Under the pieces are notes generated by a model, which saw nothing but the letters and a program-made list of their open reading frames with translations, ran no database searches and was not told where the DNA came from. DNA of 64,000 bases from an uncultured Actinomycetes bacterium (GTDB taxonomy: Bacteria; Actinomycetota; Thermoleophilia; UBA2241): positions 137,826 through 201,825 of the forward strand of contig CAVWIH010000034.1 of NCBI GenBank assembly GCA_963755025.1, in the 5' to 3' direction. Positions 39,612 to 50,445 of this stretch are shown piece by piece (position 1 is the first letter of the stretch; every line of letters begins with the position of its first letter). A program made the position numbers and the translations under genes.

Positions 39612-40436
39612 CTAGACGTGCTGCGTGACCCGCGCGACCGGTGAGGGGTCGGGCCCGGCGGGCGGTCGCGCGACCGGCGGTGGCACGTGCGGAATGTGCG
39701 GCTTGCCGGCGATCAGGTCGAAGAACGACTGCCGCCAGGCGCGCACCATGGCGGCTTCGCGCTGGTCGCGGCGCTCGGCGCGGTCGCGCTTGCCGGGGTT
39801 GTCGCGGTAACGCCGCGACCAGGGCGAGCCGGGGCGCGCCAGGCGGACGGCGCCCACGGTGGCCACGACCGGCACGAAGCAGCCGAACAGCCCCGTCCAC
39901 AGCTTGCCTTTGAGAAAGCAGATCACGGCGAGCGTCACGTTGACCACGACGAGGATGGTGATGACCCAGCCGCCGAGCTGGCCGAGCGGGCTCGCGCCGG
40001 CCACGTTGAACGGCTGCAGGCCGCCGAGGAACATGAGCGCCGCCGTGATGGTGACGATCACGGCGTCGACCGACACGCGGCCCTGGTCCTGCCAGTAGAC
40101 GTTCTCGAGGTGCAGGATGAGGGCGAACTCGTCGAGCGTCAGCCCCACGCCGCCGCCAAAGGCGACCGCCGTGGCGATGCCCCAGAAGCCCTGCGGGTTG
40201 GTGGCGATGGTGACGAGGCCGGCGATCACCATGACCACGACGCCCACCACCATGTGGTGGATGTGCAGGCCGCCCGGCTTGATGTCGTGGAACCACCAGC
40301 GCACGTTGGCGCGGATCAGGCGGGTGTTGGCGCGGATGCCCAGGAACGTGATCAGCAGGCCGAGCGTGAAGGCGATCAGGTGGTTGCGTCCGGAGCTCGG
40401 CTGAAACGAGCCGAACAGGCTGATCACGCTGGCCAT
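39612..40436 (-). CDS. conserved actinobacterial integral membrane protein
   Basis: GLHIHHMVVG, LTLDEFALILHLENVYW, CFLKGK, RLARPGSPW; multiple TM helices. Confidence 0.85.
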   Translation of the reverse strand: MASVISLFGSFQPSSGRNHLIAFTLGLLITFLGIRANTRLIRANVRWWFHDIKPGGLHIHHMVVGVVVMVIAGLVTIATNPQGFWGIATAVAFGGGVGLTLDEFALILHLENVYWQDQGRVSVDAVIVTITAALMFLGGLQPFNVAGASPLGQLGGWVITILVVVNVTLAVICFLKGKLWTGLFGCFVPVVATVGAVRLARPGSPWSRRYRDNPGKRDRAERRDQREAAMVRAWRQSFFDLIAGKPHIPHVPPPVARPPAGPDPSPVARVTQHV

Positions 40437-40547
40437 GGGCGCCGCCGGTGGGGGTCGGGAAGTAACGCATCTCCCTCAGGATAGCGCACCACGGCAAGGA
40501 GGGCTCGGACCGCCGGGCGCCGACGCCGCGCCAGGGTGCGCGCCGTC

Positions 40548-40620
40548 CGCGCGAGCGTGGGCGGCCCACACTCGCGCGTGGTGGGCTGCCCACACTCGCG
40601 CGAGCGTGGGCCGCCCGCCA
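40548..40620. repeat. imperfect ~24 bp palindromic tandem repeat (GTGGGCNGCCCACACTCGCGCG), 2-3 copies
   Basis: Read directly in the intergenic region. Confidence 0.7.
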
Positions 40621-40867
40621 CGCGCGCCACCCGCGCGGGCGCGTGTGTCGTCCACCATACGAGCCGACCGCACCCCCGGCGGGGACATGCTGTCGCGCGC
40701 GCGGGGTCGCGCTTAGCCGCGATGGCGTCGTCGCCGAGTCTTGACTCCCCCGATCGGCACGTCATCATGTTGGTCAGGTCTCACTGGGCCGCGGCGGGGG
40801 GCGCGGCTCGGTGGGCCGTTGACCGCGCCGCAGTCGCTGGGCCGCCGTCGAGAGGGGTTTTCTTGGC

Positions 40868-40895
40868 TTGACAATCCAGGCTGCTGTACTAGCGT
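40868..40895 (+). promoter_or_regulatory. putative sigma70 promoter of the APC permease
   Basis: TTGACA-16 nt-TAGCGT. Confidence 0.5.
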
Positions 40896-41030
40896 CAAGC
40901 TCGCCGCGCCCGTGCGCGGCGTTCGTGCAAGGGGGGCCTTCGACTGATCCTTCGTACGTGAATGTTCAGCCGATGGCGTGACGGTTCTGGGGTTTGAACG
41001 TCGGTGCGAGCCGGCGGAAGGGAGGGCACC

Positions 41031-42590
41031 GTGGAAACGACGTCTGTTCCGGGCACCACCACGACTGTCGCGGCGCCGCCGCCACCCGGGTCTGACGAGA
41101 GCGCCAAAGGGCTGAACTCGGGGGCCCTTGGCCTGTTCGCCAGCGTGGTCATCGGCGTCGCCTCGGTGGCGCCCGCCTACAGCCTGGCGGCTACGCTCGG
41201 CATTCTGGCCGCGATCAAGGGCATCGGCATGGGGTCGCCGTTCATCTTCATCGCCGGCTTCGTGCCCATGCTGCTCGTGGCCTCCGGCTTCTTCTACATG
41301 AACCAGCGCCGACCCGGACTGCGGCGAGACCTTCATCTGGACCTCGCGCGCCTTCGGCGCGCCGCTCGGCTGGATCATCGGCTTTGCCGCCGTGGCTTCG
41401 TCGGTCATCGTCATGGCCAACCTCGTGCAGATCGCCGCGCAGTACATGTTCCTCATGCTCGGCATGCAGAGCGCGGCCGCGTCCACCCTCTGGAACACCG
41501 TGGGCGGCGTGGCCTGGCTCGTCATCGTCGGCATCTTCGTGGCGATCGGCATCAACGTCTCGGCCAAGGCGCAGTACGTGCTCATGGGCCTGCAGATGAT
41601 CCCGCTCCTGCTCTTCACCTTCTGGGCGCTCATCAAGGGCTACGCCACGCACCCGGCCGGCTTCTCGCCCGATCCGCTTCTCGTGGTTCTTCACGACTCA
41701 CATGTCGGGCAGCGCCCTCGCCGGTGGCGTCGTGCTGGCCGTCTTCCTGTACTGGGGCTGGGACACCGTGCTGGCCGTCAACGAGGAGAGCGAGGACTCG
41801 CGCACCATGCCGGGCGTCTCGGCGGTCCTCAACACGCTCATCCTGGTCGTCATGTACGTGCTGATCACGGCCGCCATGCAGGCCTACCACGGCGCCGGCC
41901 TTCCTGGCCAACAACCCCGGCGACGTCTTCAGCCCGCATCGCCCACGACGTCATGGGCGGCACCTGGGACAAGCTCGTCTTCCTGTGCATCTTCACCTCG
42001 GGCGCCGCGTCGGCTCTCACCACCCTGCTGCCGCTCACCCGCCAGACGCTGTCGATGGCGGCGCACAAGTCGCTGCCCAAGATCTTCGGCCGCATCCATC
42101 CCAAGTACATGACGCCCTTCTGGGGCACGGTCATCCTCGGCACGCTGTCGATCCTCTGGTACGTGCTGGCTGACCTGGTGGAACGTCAATGCCCTCTACG
42201 ACGCCATCTCGGCGATCGGCATCATGGTCTGCATCGCCTACGGCGGCACCGGCCTGGCGGCCACCGTCTACTACCGCAAGGAGCTCCTCAAGAGCGCCAA
42301 GAACTTCTTCCTGATGGGCGTCGCGCCGACGGTCGGAGCGATCATGTTCGCCGCGATCCTCATCAAGGTGCTCTACGACGACTATCCTACACGGCGGCAA
42401 CGGCGCGAGCTACACCGGCATCCACGGCATCGGCGGCGTCTTCCTGATGGGCGTCGGCACCATGCTGATCGGTGTCGTGCTCATGATCGCCATGTGGATC
42501 TGGAAGCCCGAGTTCTTCAAGCGCGGGCCCGAGACCTGGCCCGGCGAAGGCCAGCCCATCCCGTACGCCGACGAGCGCGTCTCCGACTGA
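41031..42590 (+). CDS. APC family amino acid/polyamine permease (several frameshifts)
   Basis: LGLFASVVIGVASVAPAYSLAATLG, VFLYWGWDT...NEES, LPKIFGRIHPKYMTP across successive frames. Confidence 0.88.
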
Positions 42591-42618
42591 CGCACTCGCG
42601 CACGCACTCAGGGCAACG

Positions 42619-42656
42619 GCGCCGGCCGCCGCTCAGCGCGGCGGCCGGCGCTGTTT
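42619..42656 (+). terminator. intrinsic terminator-like hairpin
   Basis: GCGCCGGCCGCCGC-tcagc-GCGGCGGCCGGCGC followed by TGTTT. Confidence 0.65.
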
Positions 42657-42689
42657 GCTGAGGCGGCCGCCCGGCGGCAGGCGCTCTTG

Positions 42690-42749
42690 TCGGCGGCCGG
42701 CGCTTCGGCGGTCGGCGCCTCGGCGGTCGGCGCTTCGGCGGCCGGCGCT
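42690..42749. repeat. 15 bp tandem repeat (GGCGCYTCGGCGGYC) x3-4
   Basis: Read directly in the intergenic region upstream of the infC promoter. Confidence 0.75.
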
Positions 42750-42832
42750 ACGCTGTACGCGTGTCGATGCCCGGCCCCGCGGGTAGCTTGTCGTCATGAC
42801 GGGGGCAGGGGTTTGACTCACTTCGCAGTTGT

Positions 42833-42861
42833 TCGACGCTTGCAGCGTGGTCGTGTATACT
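42833..42861 (+). promoter_or_regulatory. promoter of infC-rpmI-rplT
   Basis: TCGACG-17 nt-TATACT directly upstream of the L20 leader. Confidence 0.6.
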
Positions 42862-42875
42862 GCGCTCTCGCGATA

Positions 42876-42973
42876 TGAGCAGAAGCAGCCGCTTCTCACC
42901 CTGCGCCGTTTGGTCGACAGGGTCCACGAGTTAGGGAAGGAGACCGGTAGGGGCGCTCAGGCGACCCTTTTTC
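42876..42973 (+). ncRNA. ribosomal protein L20 leader
   Basis: AGAAGCAGCCGCTTCTCACC matches the conserved L20-leader core (AGAAGCACCCGCUUCUCACC), followed by a stem and a weak hairpin with a U-run, directly upstream of infC. Confidence 0.8.
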
Positions 42974-42974
42974 T

Positions 42975-43532
42975 ATGGGAAAGCCGTTCTATCCAAGAGA
43001 CAGGGACCGGCCCAAAGGGCCCGATACCCGCATTCGCATCAACGATGGCATCTACGCCGACCGTGTCAGGCTGATCGACGACAACGGGGCGCAGCTGGGC
43101 ATCAAGACCATCCGCGAGGCCCAGGACTACGCGGCGTCGAAGAACCTCGACCTGGTCGAGGTCGCCCCACAGGCCGACCCGCCCGTCTGTCGCATCATGA
43201 ACTTCAGCAAGTATCGCTACGAGCTCGAGCTCAAAGCGAAGCAGGCGCGCAAGCACCAGAGCAACATCATCATCAAAGAGATCAAGTTTCGCCCGAAGAT
43301 CGACGCACACGATTACGAGACCAAAAAGGGTCACGTCGTGCGCTTCCTCGAGCACCAGGACAAGGTGAAGGTGACGATCATGTTCCGCGGCCGCGAGCTG
43401 GTTCACCCGGAGCGCGGAGAACAGCTGCTCATGCGGCTCGCCGAGGAGCTCAAGGAGCTTGCGGTCATCGAGTCCAAGCCCAACCTCGACGGTCGCAACA
43501 TGATCATGATGCTCGCGCCCGTGAAGTCGTAA
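42975..43532 (+). CDS. infC: translation initiation factor IF-3 (start uncertain)
   Basis: RINDGI, VRLID, LDLVEVAPQADPPVCRIM, KEIKFRPKI, VKVTIMFRGRE. Confidence 0.97.
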   Translation: MGKPFYPRDRDRPKGPDTRIRINDGIYADRVRLIDDNGAQLGIKTIREAQDYAASKNLDLVEVAPQADPPVCRIMNFSKYRYELELKAKQARKHQSNIIIKEIKFRPKIDAHDYETKKGHVVRFLEHQDKVKVTIMFRGRELVHPERGEQLLMRLAEELKELAVIESKPNLDGRNMIMMLAPVKS

Positions 43533-43545
43533 GGAGAGGGTGCGC

Positions 43546-43743
43546 ATGCCCAAAATGAAGACCCACAGCGCTACCAAGAAGCGCTTTCGCCTGAGTGCGA
43601 ACGGCAAGATCGTCCGTCGCAAGGCCTTCAAGAGCCACATCCTCGAAAAGAAGACCTCCAAGCGCAAGCGCGGTTTTCGCAAGAACGACCTGGTCAGCCA
43701 GAGCGACCGAAGAGAAGTTCTCACGCTCCTCGGCAAACGCTGA
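43546..43743 (+). CDS. rpmI: 50S ribosomal protein L35
   Basis: MPKMKTHSATKKRF...HILEKK. Confidence 0.97.
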   Translation: MPKMKTHSATKKRFRLSANGKIVRRKAFKSHILEKKTSKRKRGFRKNDLVSQSDRREVLTLLGKR

Positions 43744-43814
43744 GGCCTGAGAGAGCGGGGCGGCAGACGACCGCCTAGGTCGCACCCCCGCTCACCGGAT
43801 CAAGGAGTACAGAA

Positions 43815-44189
43815 ATGCCTCGAGTCAAGCGAAGCGTTAACGCGCGCAAGAAGCGCCGCAAGGTCCTCGAGCAGGCCAAGGGCTACCGCGGCACTAAGCA
43901 CTCGAGCTATCGCCGCGCCAAAGAGCAGGTCCAGCGCAGTCTCAAGTACGCCTATCGCGACCGCCGCGTGCGCAAGCGCGAGTTCCGCAAGCTCTGGATC
44001 GTGCGCATCAACGCCGGCGCCCGCGAGAACGGCCTCTCGTACAACACCTTCATGCACGGCCTCAAGCTCGCCGAGATCGAGCTCGACCGCAAGGTGCTGG
44101 CCGACATGGCCGTCGCCGACCCGGCTTCCTTCGCCGCGCTCGTAGAGCAGGCCAAGGTGGCGCTCGCCGACGCGGCTCAGGCCGCGTAG
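43815..44189 (+). CDS. rplT: 50S ribosomal protein L20
   Basis: MPRVKRSV...AKGYRG...[23 protein letters not shown]. Confidence 0.98.
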   Translation: MPRVKRSVNARKKRRKVLEQAKGYRGTKHSSYRRAKEQVQRSLKYAYRDRRVRKREFRKLWIVRINAGARENGLSYNTFMHGLKLAEIELDRKVLADMAVADPASFAALVEQAKVALADAAQAA

Positions 44190-44219
44190 GCCGCGCCGTC
44201 TCCGAGGCAGGTCGACCGC

Positions 44220-45100
44220 GTGGGGTTTTAGCCGCCCTTACGAGCACTGAGAACCCGCTCGTCAAGCGAGCGGCGTCGCTGCGCGTCCGCAAATACCGCC
44301 AGCGCGAGGGCGCCTTTTTAGTCGAAGGCGACGACCTCGTGGTGGCCGCCCTCGCAGGCGGCCTTTCGCCCGAAGCCGTCTTCGTGATCGGCGAGCCCGA
44401 CGACATCGCCGTCAGGCTCGCCGAGTCCGGTCACCCCTTGGCCGACGCTCCGGTCTACGCGATCGACGCGCGGGTGGCCGCCCGCCTGTCTACCCTCGAA
44501 ACGGCGCCCGCCACCATGGCCGTCTTCGCGCTGCCCCAGGCGGCGCCGCTCGGCGAGTCGCGGGGTACCGGCGCGGCCGACCATGCGCTCGGCCTGGTCG
44601 TGTACGCCGACCGCCTGGCCGACCCCGGCAACCTGGGCACGCTCGTGCGGGCGGCGGCGGCCTTCGCCGCCACCGCCGTGGTCGCCTCGCCGGGCTCGGT
44701 CGACCTCTTCTCGCCCAAGGTGGTGCGCGCCGGCATGGGCGCCTCGTTCGCCCTGCCCCTCTATCAGGACATGACCCTCGAGCAGGTCGTCGCCGAGCTC
44801 GGCGCCCGTACGGTCTACGGCCTCGTCGCTCACGGCGGCGCGCCGCTCGACGGCGTGGCCCCAGCCGGCCGCGACGCCGCGCCCACCGTGCTCGTGGTGG
44901 GCGCCGAGCGCGCCGGCCTGAGCCCCGAGACGCTCGCCTTCGTCACCGATCTGCTCACCATCCCGCTGGCCGGAGCCACCGGCGCGGGGGTAGAGTCGCT
45001 GAACGCCGGCGTAGCCGGCGCCATCGCGCTGTACGAGATCTCCCGCCATCTGGCCGGGCCGGCGCGCACGAACGACGGCGCAGGGCCGTCGAAGGAGTGA
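44220..45100 (+). CDS. TrmH/SpoU family RNA methyltransferase (start uncertain)
   Basis: LTSTENPLVK...FLVEG upstream of the listed ORF; DPGNLGTLVR, KVVRAGMG, VGAERAGL, ESLNAGVAG. Confidence 0.9.
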
Positions 45101-45102
45101 CC

Positions 45103-46296
<1,194 letters not shown>

Positions 46297-46297
<1 letters not shown>

Positions 46298-48799
46298 TGA
46301 GAGTGCCGCTTAGCTGGTTACGCGACTACGTCGCCTGGGACGGCTCCGCCGAGGAGCTCGCCGAGCTGCTCAGCATGAGCGGCTCCGAGGTCGAGGGCAT
46401 CGACTGGGTGGGCGCGCCTCACGATGCCGACAACCTGGCGCGCTTCCGCGTGGGCCGCGTGCTCACCAAGGAGCGCCACCCCAACGCCGACAAGCTCTGG
46501 CTGTGCACGGTCGACGTGGGCGAGGCGGGCGGCGGCGTGCACCAGATCGTCTGCGGCGCCCAGAACTTCGCGGCGGGCGACACCGTGGCCGTCTCGCTGG
46601 CCGGCGCCACGCTCGAGAACGGCCTCAAGCTGCGCAAGGCCAACCTGCGCGGCGTCGAGTCGAACGGCATGATGCTCTCCGAGCAGGAGCTCGGCTTCGA
46701 GCAGGCCAGCCCCGGCATCATGGTGCTGCCGGCCGACTGGCCGGTGGGCGCGCCGCTGGCCGACTACCTGCCCGTGGCCGAGCCGGTCCTCGAGATCGAG
46801 GTCACGCCCAACCGCCCCGACTGCCTGTCGATCTACGGCATGGCCCGCGAGGTGGCGGCGGCGGCCGGGCTGCCGCTGGCGCCGCCGCCCGTCGACGAGC
46901 CGCCCACCGGCGGCGCGCCGGCCGACGCAGTCGATCGCCGTCGAGATCGCCGACCCCGACCTGTGCGCGCGCTACGGCGCGCGCGTCATGCGCGGCGTCA
47001 CGGTCGGCGCCTCGCCGGTCTGGCTCAAGGCGCGGCTCACCCACGCCGGCATGCGCCCCATCAACAACGTGGTCGACGTCACCAACTACGTGCTGCTGGC
47101 CGTCGGCGAACCGCTGCACGCCTTCGACGCCGCCAACATCCGCGGCGACAAGCTCGTCGTGCGCCGCGCCCACGCCGGCGAACGCATCGTCACCCTCGAC
47201 GGCGTCGAGCGTGCCCTTGCTGCCCGACAACCTGGTGATCGCCGACACCGAGCGCGCCCTGGTCATCGCCGGCGTCTTCGGCGCCGTCGACGCCGAGGTC
47301 GACGAGCAGACCACCGACCTCGTGCTCGAGGCGGCCACCTTCAACGGCCCCAACATCATGCATACCTCCAAAGAGGTGGGCTGGCGCAGCGAAGCCAGCT
47401 CGCGCTTCGAGAAGGGGCTCGATCCCTGCTACGTGCCGCACGGCCTGGCCATGGCGAGCCGCCTGTTCCACGAGCTCTGCGGCGGCACCGTGGCGCCCGG
47501 CACGGTCGACGTGTGGGGGCAGCGGCCCGCCGCGCCGCCGCGCCTGCAGTACCACCCGAGCCTCTCCGACCGCCTGCTCGGCCTGCCCATCGCGGCGCCC
47601 GAGCAAGCCGACATCTTGCGGCGCCTGGAGTGCGAGGTCGAGGCGACCGACACGGCGGCCGCCTCCGAATCCGACCTTTCGGTCACGCCGCCGCCGTTTC
47701 GCCGCGACCTCGAGCGCCCCGTCGACCTGGTCGAAGAGGTCGCCCGCATCCACGGCCTCGAGAACCTGCCCGAGACCCTGCCGCTGCGCGGCGAGGCCGA
47801 TCGGCCTGCTGACGACCGACCAGCAGGTGCGCCGGCGCATCGCCGACACCCTGATCGGCGCCGGGCTCGACGAGGTCGTCACCTACTCGTTCGTGGCCGC
47901 CGACGCCGTCGCGCCCGCTGGGCCTGGCAGCCGACGACCGCCGCGGCGCGCCCATCGCCCTGGCCAACCCCATGAGCGCCGAGCAGGCCGTCATGCGCAC
48001 CACGCTGCTGCCCGGCCTGCTGGCCGCCGTGGCCGCCAACCTGGCGCACCAGGCCGAGCGGGTCGCCGTGTTCGAGCAGGGGCGCGTCTACCTGCCGCGG
48101 CGCGACGGCGCGCTGCCCACGCCGCGCCGGGGCCCAAGGACACCTGCCAGCCGTGGCCGACCGACGAGCCCGAGATGCTCGGCATCGCGCTCTGCGGCGC
48201 GGTCGTGGGCGAGAGCTGGGCGGGCGACCGCGCGACCGACCGACTTCTACACGATCAAGGGCTTCGTCGAGCGCCTGCTGGCCGGCCTGCAGATCGGCGG
48301 CGCCGCGCTTCGAACGCGGCGACCGAGCCCTACCTGCACCCCGGCAAGGCGGCCGACCTTGCTGCTCGACGACGAGCGTGTCGGGGCGCTGGGGCTGCTG
48401 CGCCCCGACGTCGCCGCGCGCTACGGCATCGAGGGCCACGCGGTCTACGTCGCCGAGCTCGCCGTGGCGCCGCTGGCCGCGCGCGGCCTCACGACCAGCC
48501 TGTTCGAAGATCTGCTCACGTTCCCGCCGGCCAGTCAGGACCTCGCCGTCGTGCTCGACGCCGGCGTGCCGGCCGCCGAGGTGCTCGCCGTCGTGCGCAA
48601 AGCCGGCGGCAAGCTGTTGCGCGAGGCCCACGTGTTCGACGTCTACGAGGGCGACCAGGTGCCCGCCGGCAAGCGCTCGCTGGCCGTGCGCCTGCTCATG
48701 CGCTCGCCCGACCGCACGCTGACCGAAAAGGACATCACCGGCGTGCGCCACAAGGTGCTGAGCGCGCTCGAACGCGACCTGGGCGCCGCGCTGCGGTAG
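46297..48799 (+). CDS. pheT: phenylalanine--tRNA ligase beta subunit (several frameshifts)
   Basis: [70 protein letters not shown]...GKRSLA. Confidence 0.95.
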
Positions 48800-48889
48800 G
48801 CGCCGCCGCGACGGCCACCAGGGCGTCTCGCCGCCATCCAGTCGCCCCGCAGGGTGTTATGAATAGTTCTCGCGCTGTTAGCGTCTGGC

Positions 48890-48918
48890 TTGCATCTTTT
48901 GCAGGCCTCGCGTAGAGT
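48890..48918 (+). promoter_or_regulatory. arg operon promoter with overlapping ARG-box-like palindrome
   Basis: TTGCAT-17 nt-TAGAGT; TGCATCTTTTGCA at 48891-48903 overlaps the -35; half site ATGAATA near 48859. Confidence 0.65.
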
Positions 48919-48927
48919 GCCGAGACC

Positions 48928-49044
48928 ATGAACCGCTCCACGTCCATCACCGGTCTCTGTGCGCGCCGCCTTCGCGGCGCCCTCGACGGCCGCTTGTGGT
49001 CACGGGCCCGACGTGCACGACGCACGCCGGCCGGTGGTCGCTAG
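48928..49044 (+). CDS. putative Arg-rich leader peptide (38 aa)
   Basis: ATG 9 nt after the -10 hexamer; MNRSTSITGLCARRLRGALDGRLWSRARRARRTPAGGR, 11/38 Arg. Confidence 0.5.
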   Translation: MNRSTSITGLCARRLRGALDGRLWSRARRARRTPAGGR

Positions 49045-49140
49045 CGCCTGTCCTTTCTTCTCCGCTCCGCTCGTCAGAAAGACGGTCCGCCCCCACCGCG
49101 TCGGCTTTGCTTGTCCCGTCGTCGTCGCTCGGAGTGCCTC

Positions 49141-50445
49141 ATGACCGTCACCAGCGCCACCTTCACGTCAACCAGTCCCGGCGATCCGCTCGCGGCCTGT
49201 GCCGACGACCCACTCGTCGCCGCCGCAGGCGACCCGCGCTCCGCCTGCGTGGCCGACGCGCTTGCCCTCGCTACCTGCTCCGGCGACCAGCTCGCCGCCT
49301 GCGTGGGCGAGACGCTCGCCGTCGCCGGCGATACGCTCGGCGCCGCGGCGCGCCAATCGCGGCAGGTCACGGCCGCGGTCGTGGGCGCGTCGGGGTACAC
49401 CGGCGCGCTGCTCTGCGAGCTGCTCCTGCGCCACCCCGGGGTCGCGCTCGAGCAGGTGAGCTCCGAGCAGCTCGTCGGCGGCCTGGTGGCCGATCACCTG
49501 CCGCGGCTGCGCACCAAGCTGTCGTTCCGCTCGCCGGCCGAGGTCGGCGGTACCGACGTGGCCTTCGTCTGCGCGCCGCACGGGCAGGCGGCCCACGTGG
49601 TGTCGCGCCTGCTCGACGACGGCGCCCGGGTCGTCGACCTGTCGGCCGACTTTCGCCTCGACGCCGAGACCTACGCCGCCTGGTATCGCCCGCACCCCTA
49701 CCCCGAACTGCTGCCGCAGGCGGTCTACGGCCTGACCGAGCTGCAGCGTCCGGCTCTTGCCGGCGCAACGCTCGTCGCCAACCCGGGCTGCTACCCCACG
49801 GCCGCGCTGCTCGCCTTGGCGCCGCTTGCGCCGCTCGGCCTCACCGACGTCGTCATCGACGCCAAGTCGGGCGTGAGCGGCGCCGGCAAGTCGCCCAGCG
49901 AGCGCACCCACTTCTGCAGCATCGGCGACGACCTCGTGGCGTACGGGCTGGGCGGGCACCGTCACTATCCCGAGATCGTCGGCGGCCTGGCTGCGCTGGC
50001 CGCCGCCGGGGCGGGGCCGAGCGCCGCCGGGGCGGGGCCGAGCGCCGCCGGGATGGGGCCGAGCGCCGCCGGGGCGACACCGAGCGCGCCGGGGCAGCCG
50101 ACCGCGCCCACCCTCACCTTCGTGCCGCACCTCATGCCGGTCGCGCGCGGCATCGTCGAGACGATCTACGTGCGCGCCGAGCGGCTGCCCTCGGCAGCCG
50201 CCCTGCGCGCCCTCTACGACGAGGCTTACGCGGGCGAGCCGTTCGTCGCCCTGGCCGACGCGCCGCCTGAGTTGAAAGACGTGGTCGGCACCAACTGCTG
50301 CCGCCTCTTCGCCACCATCGACGAGGCGGCCCGCCGCATCGTCGTGGTCTCGGTCATCGACAACCTCATGAAAGGCGCCGCCGGTCAGGCCGTACAGAAC
50401 CTGAACGTCATGGCCGGCTTTCCCGAGCATTGGGGGCTCACGTGA
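49141..50445 (+). CDS. argC: N-acetyl-gamma-glutamyl-phosphate reductase with repeat extensions
   Basis: VGASGYTG, VVDLSADFRL, VYGLTE, ANPGCYPT, DAKSGVSGAG, IDNLMKGAAGQAVQN. Confidence 0.96.
   Translation: MTVTSATFTSTSPGDPLAACADDPLVAAAGDPRSACVADALALATCSGDQLAACVGETLAVAGDTLGAAARQSRQVTAAVVGASGYTGALLCELLLRHPGVALEQVSSEQLVGGLVADHLPRLRTKLSFRSPAEVGGTDVAFVCAPHGQAAHVVSRLLDDGARVVDLSADFRLDAETYAAWYRPHPYPELLPQAVYGLTELQRPALAGATLVANPGCYPTAALLALAPLAPLGLTDVVIDAKSGVSGAGKSPSERTHFCSIGDDLVAYGLGGHRHYPEIVGGLAALAAAGAGPSAAGAGPSAAGMGPSAAGATPSAPGQPTAPTLTFVPHLMPVARGIVETIYVRAERLPSAAALRALYDEAYAGEPFVALADAPPELKDVVGTNCCRLFATIDEAARRIVVVSVIDNLMKGAAGQAVQNLNVMAGFPEHWGLT
50001..50084. repeat. in-frame 21 bp tandem repeat x4 inside argC (AAGAGPS)
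   Basis: CGCCGCCGGGGCGGGGCCGAG: two exact and two diverged copies. Confidence 0.92.
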
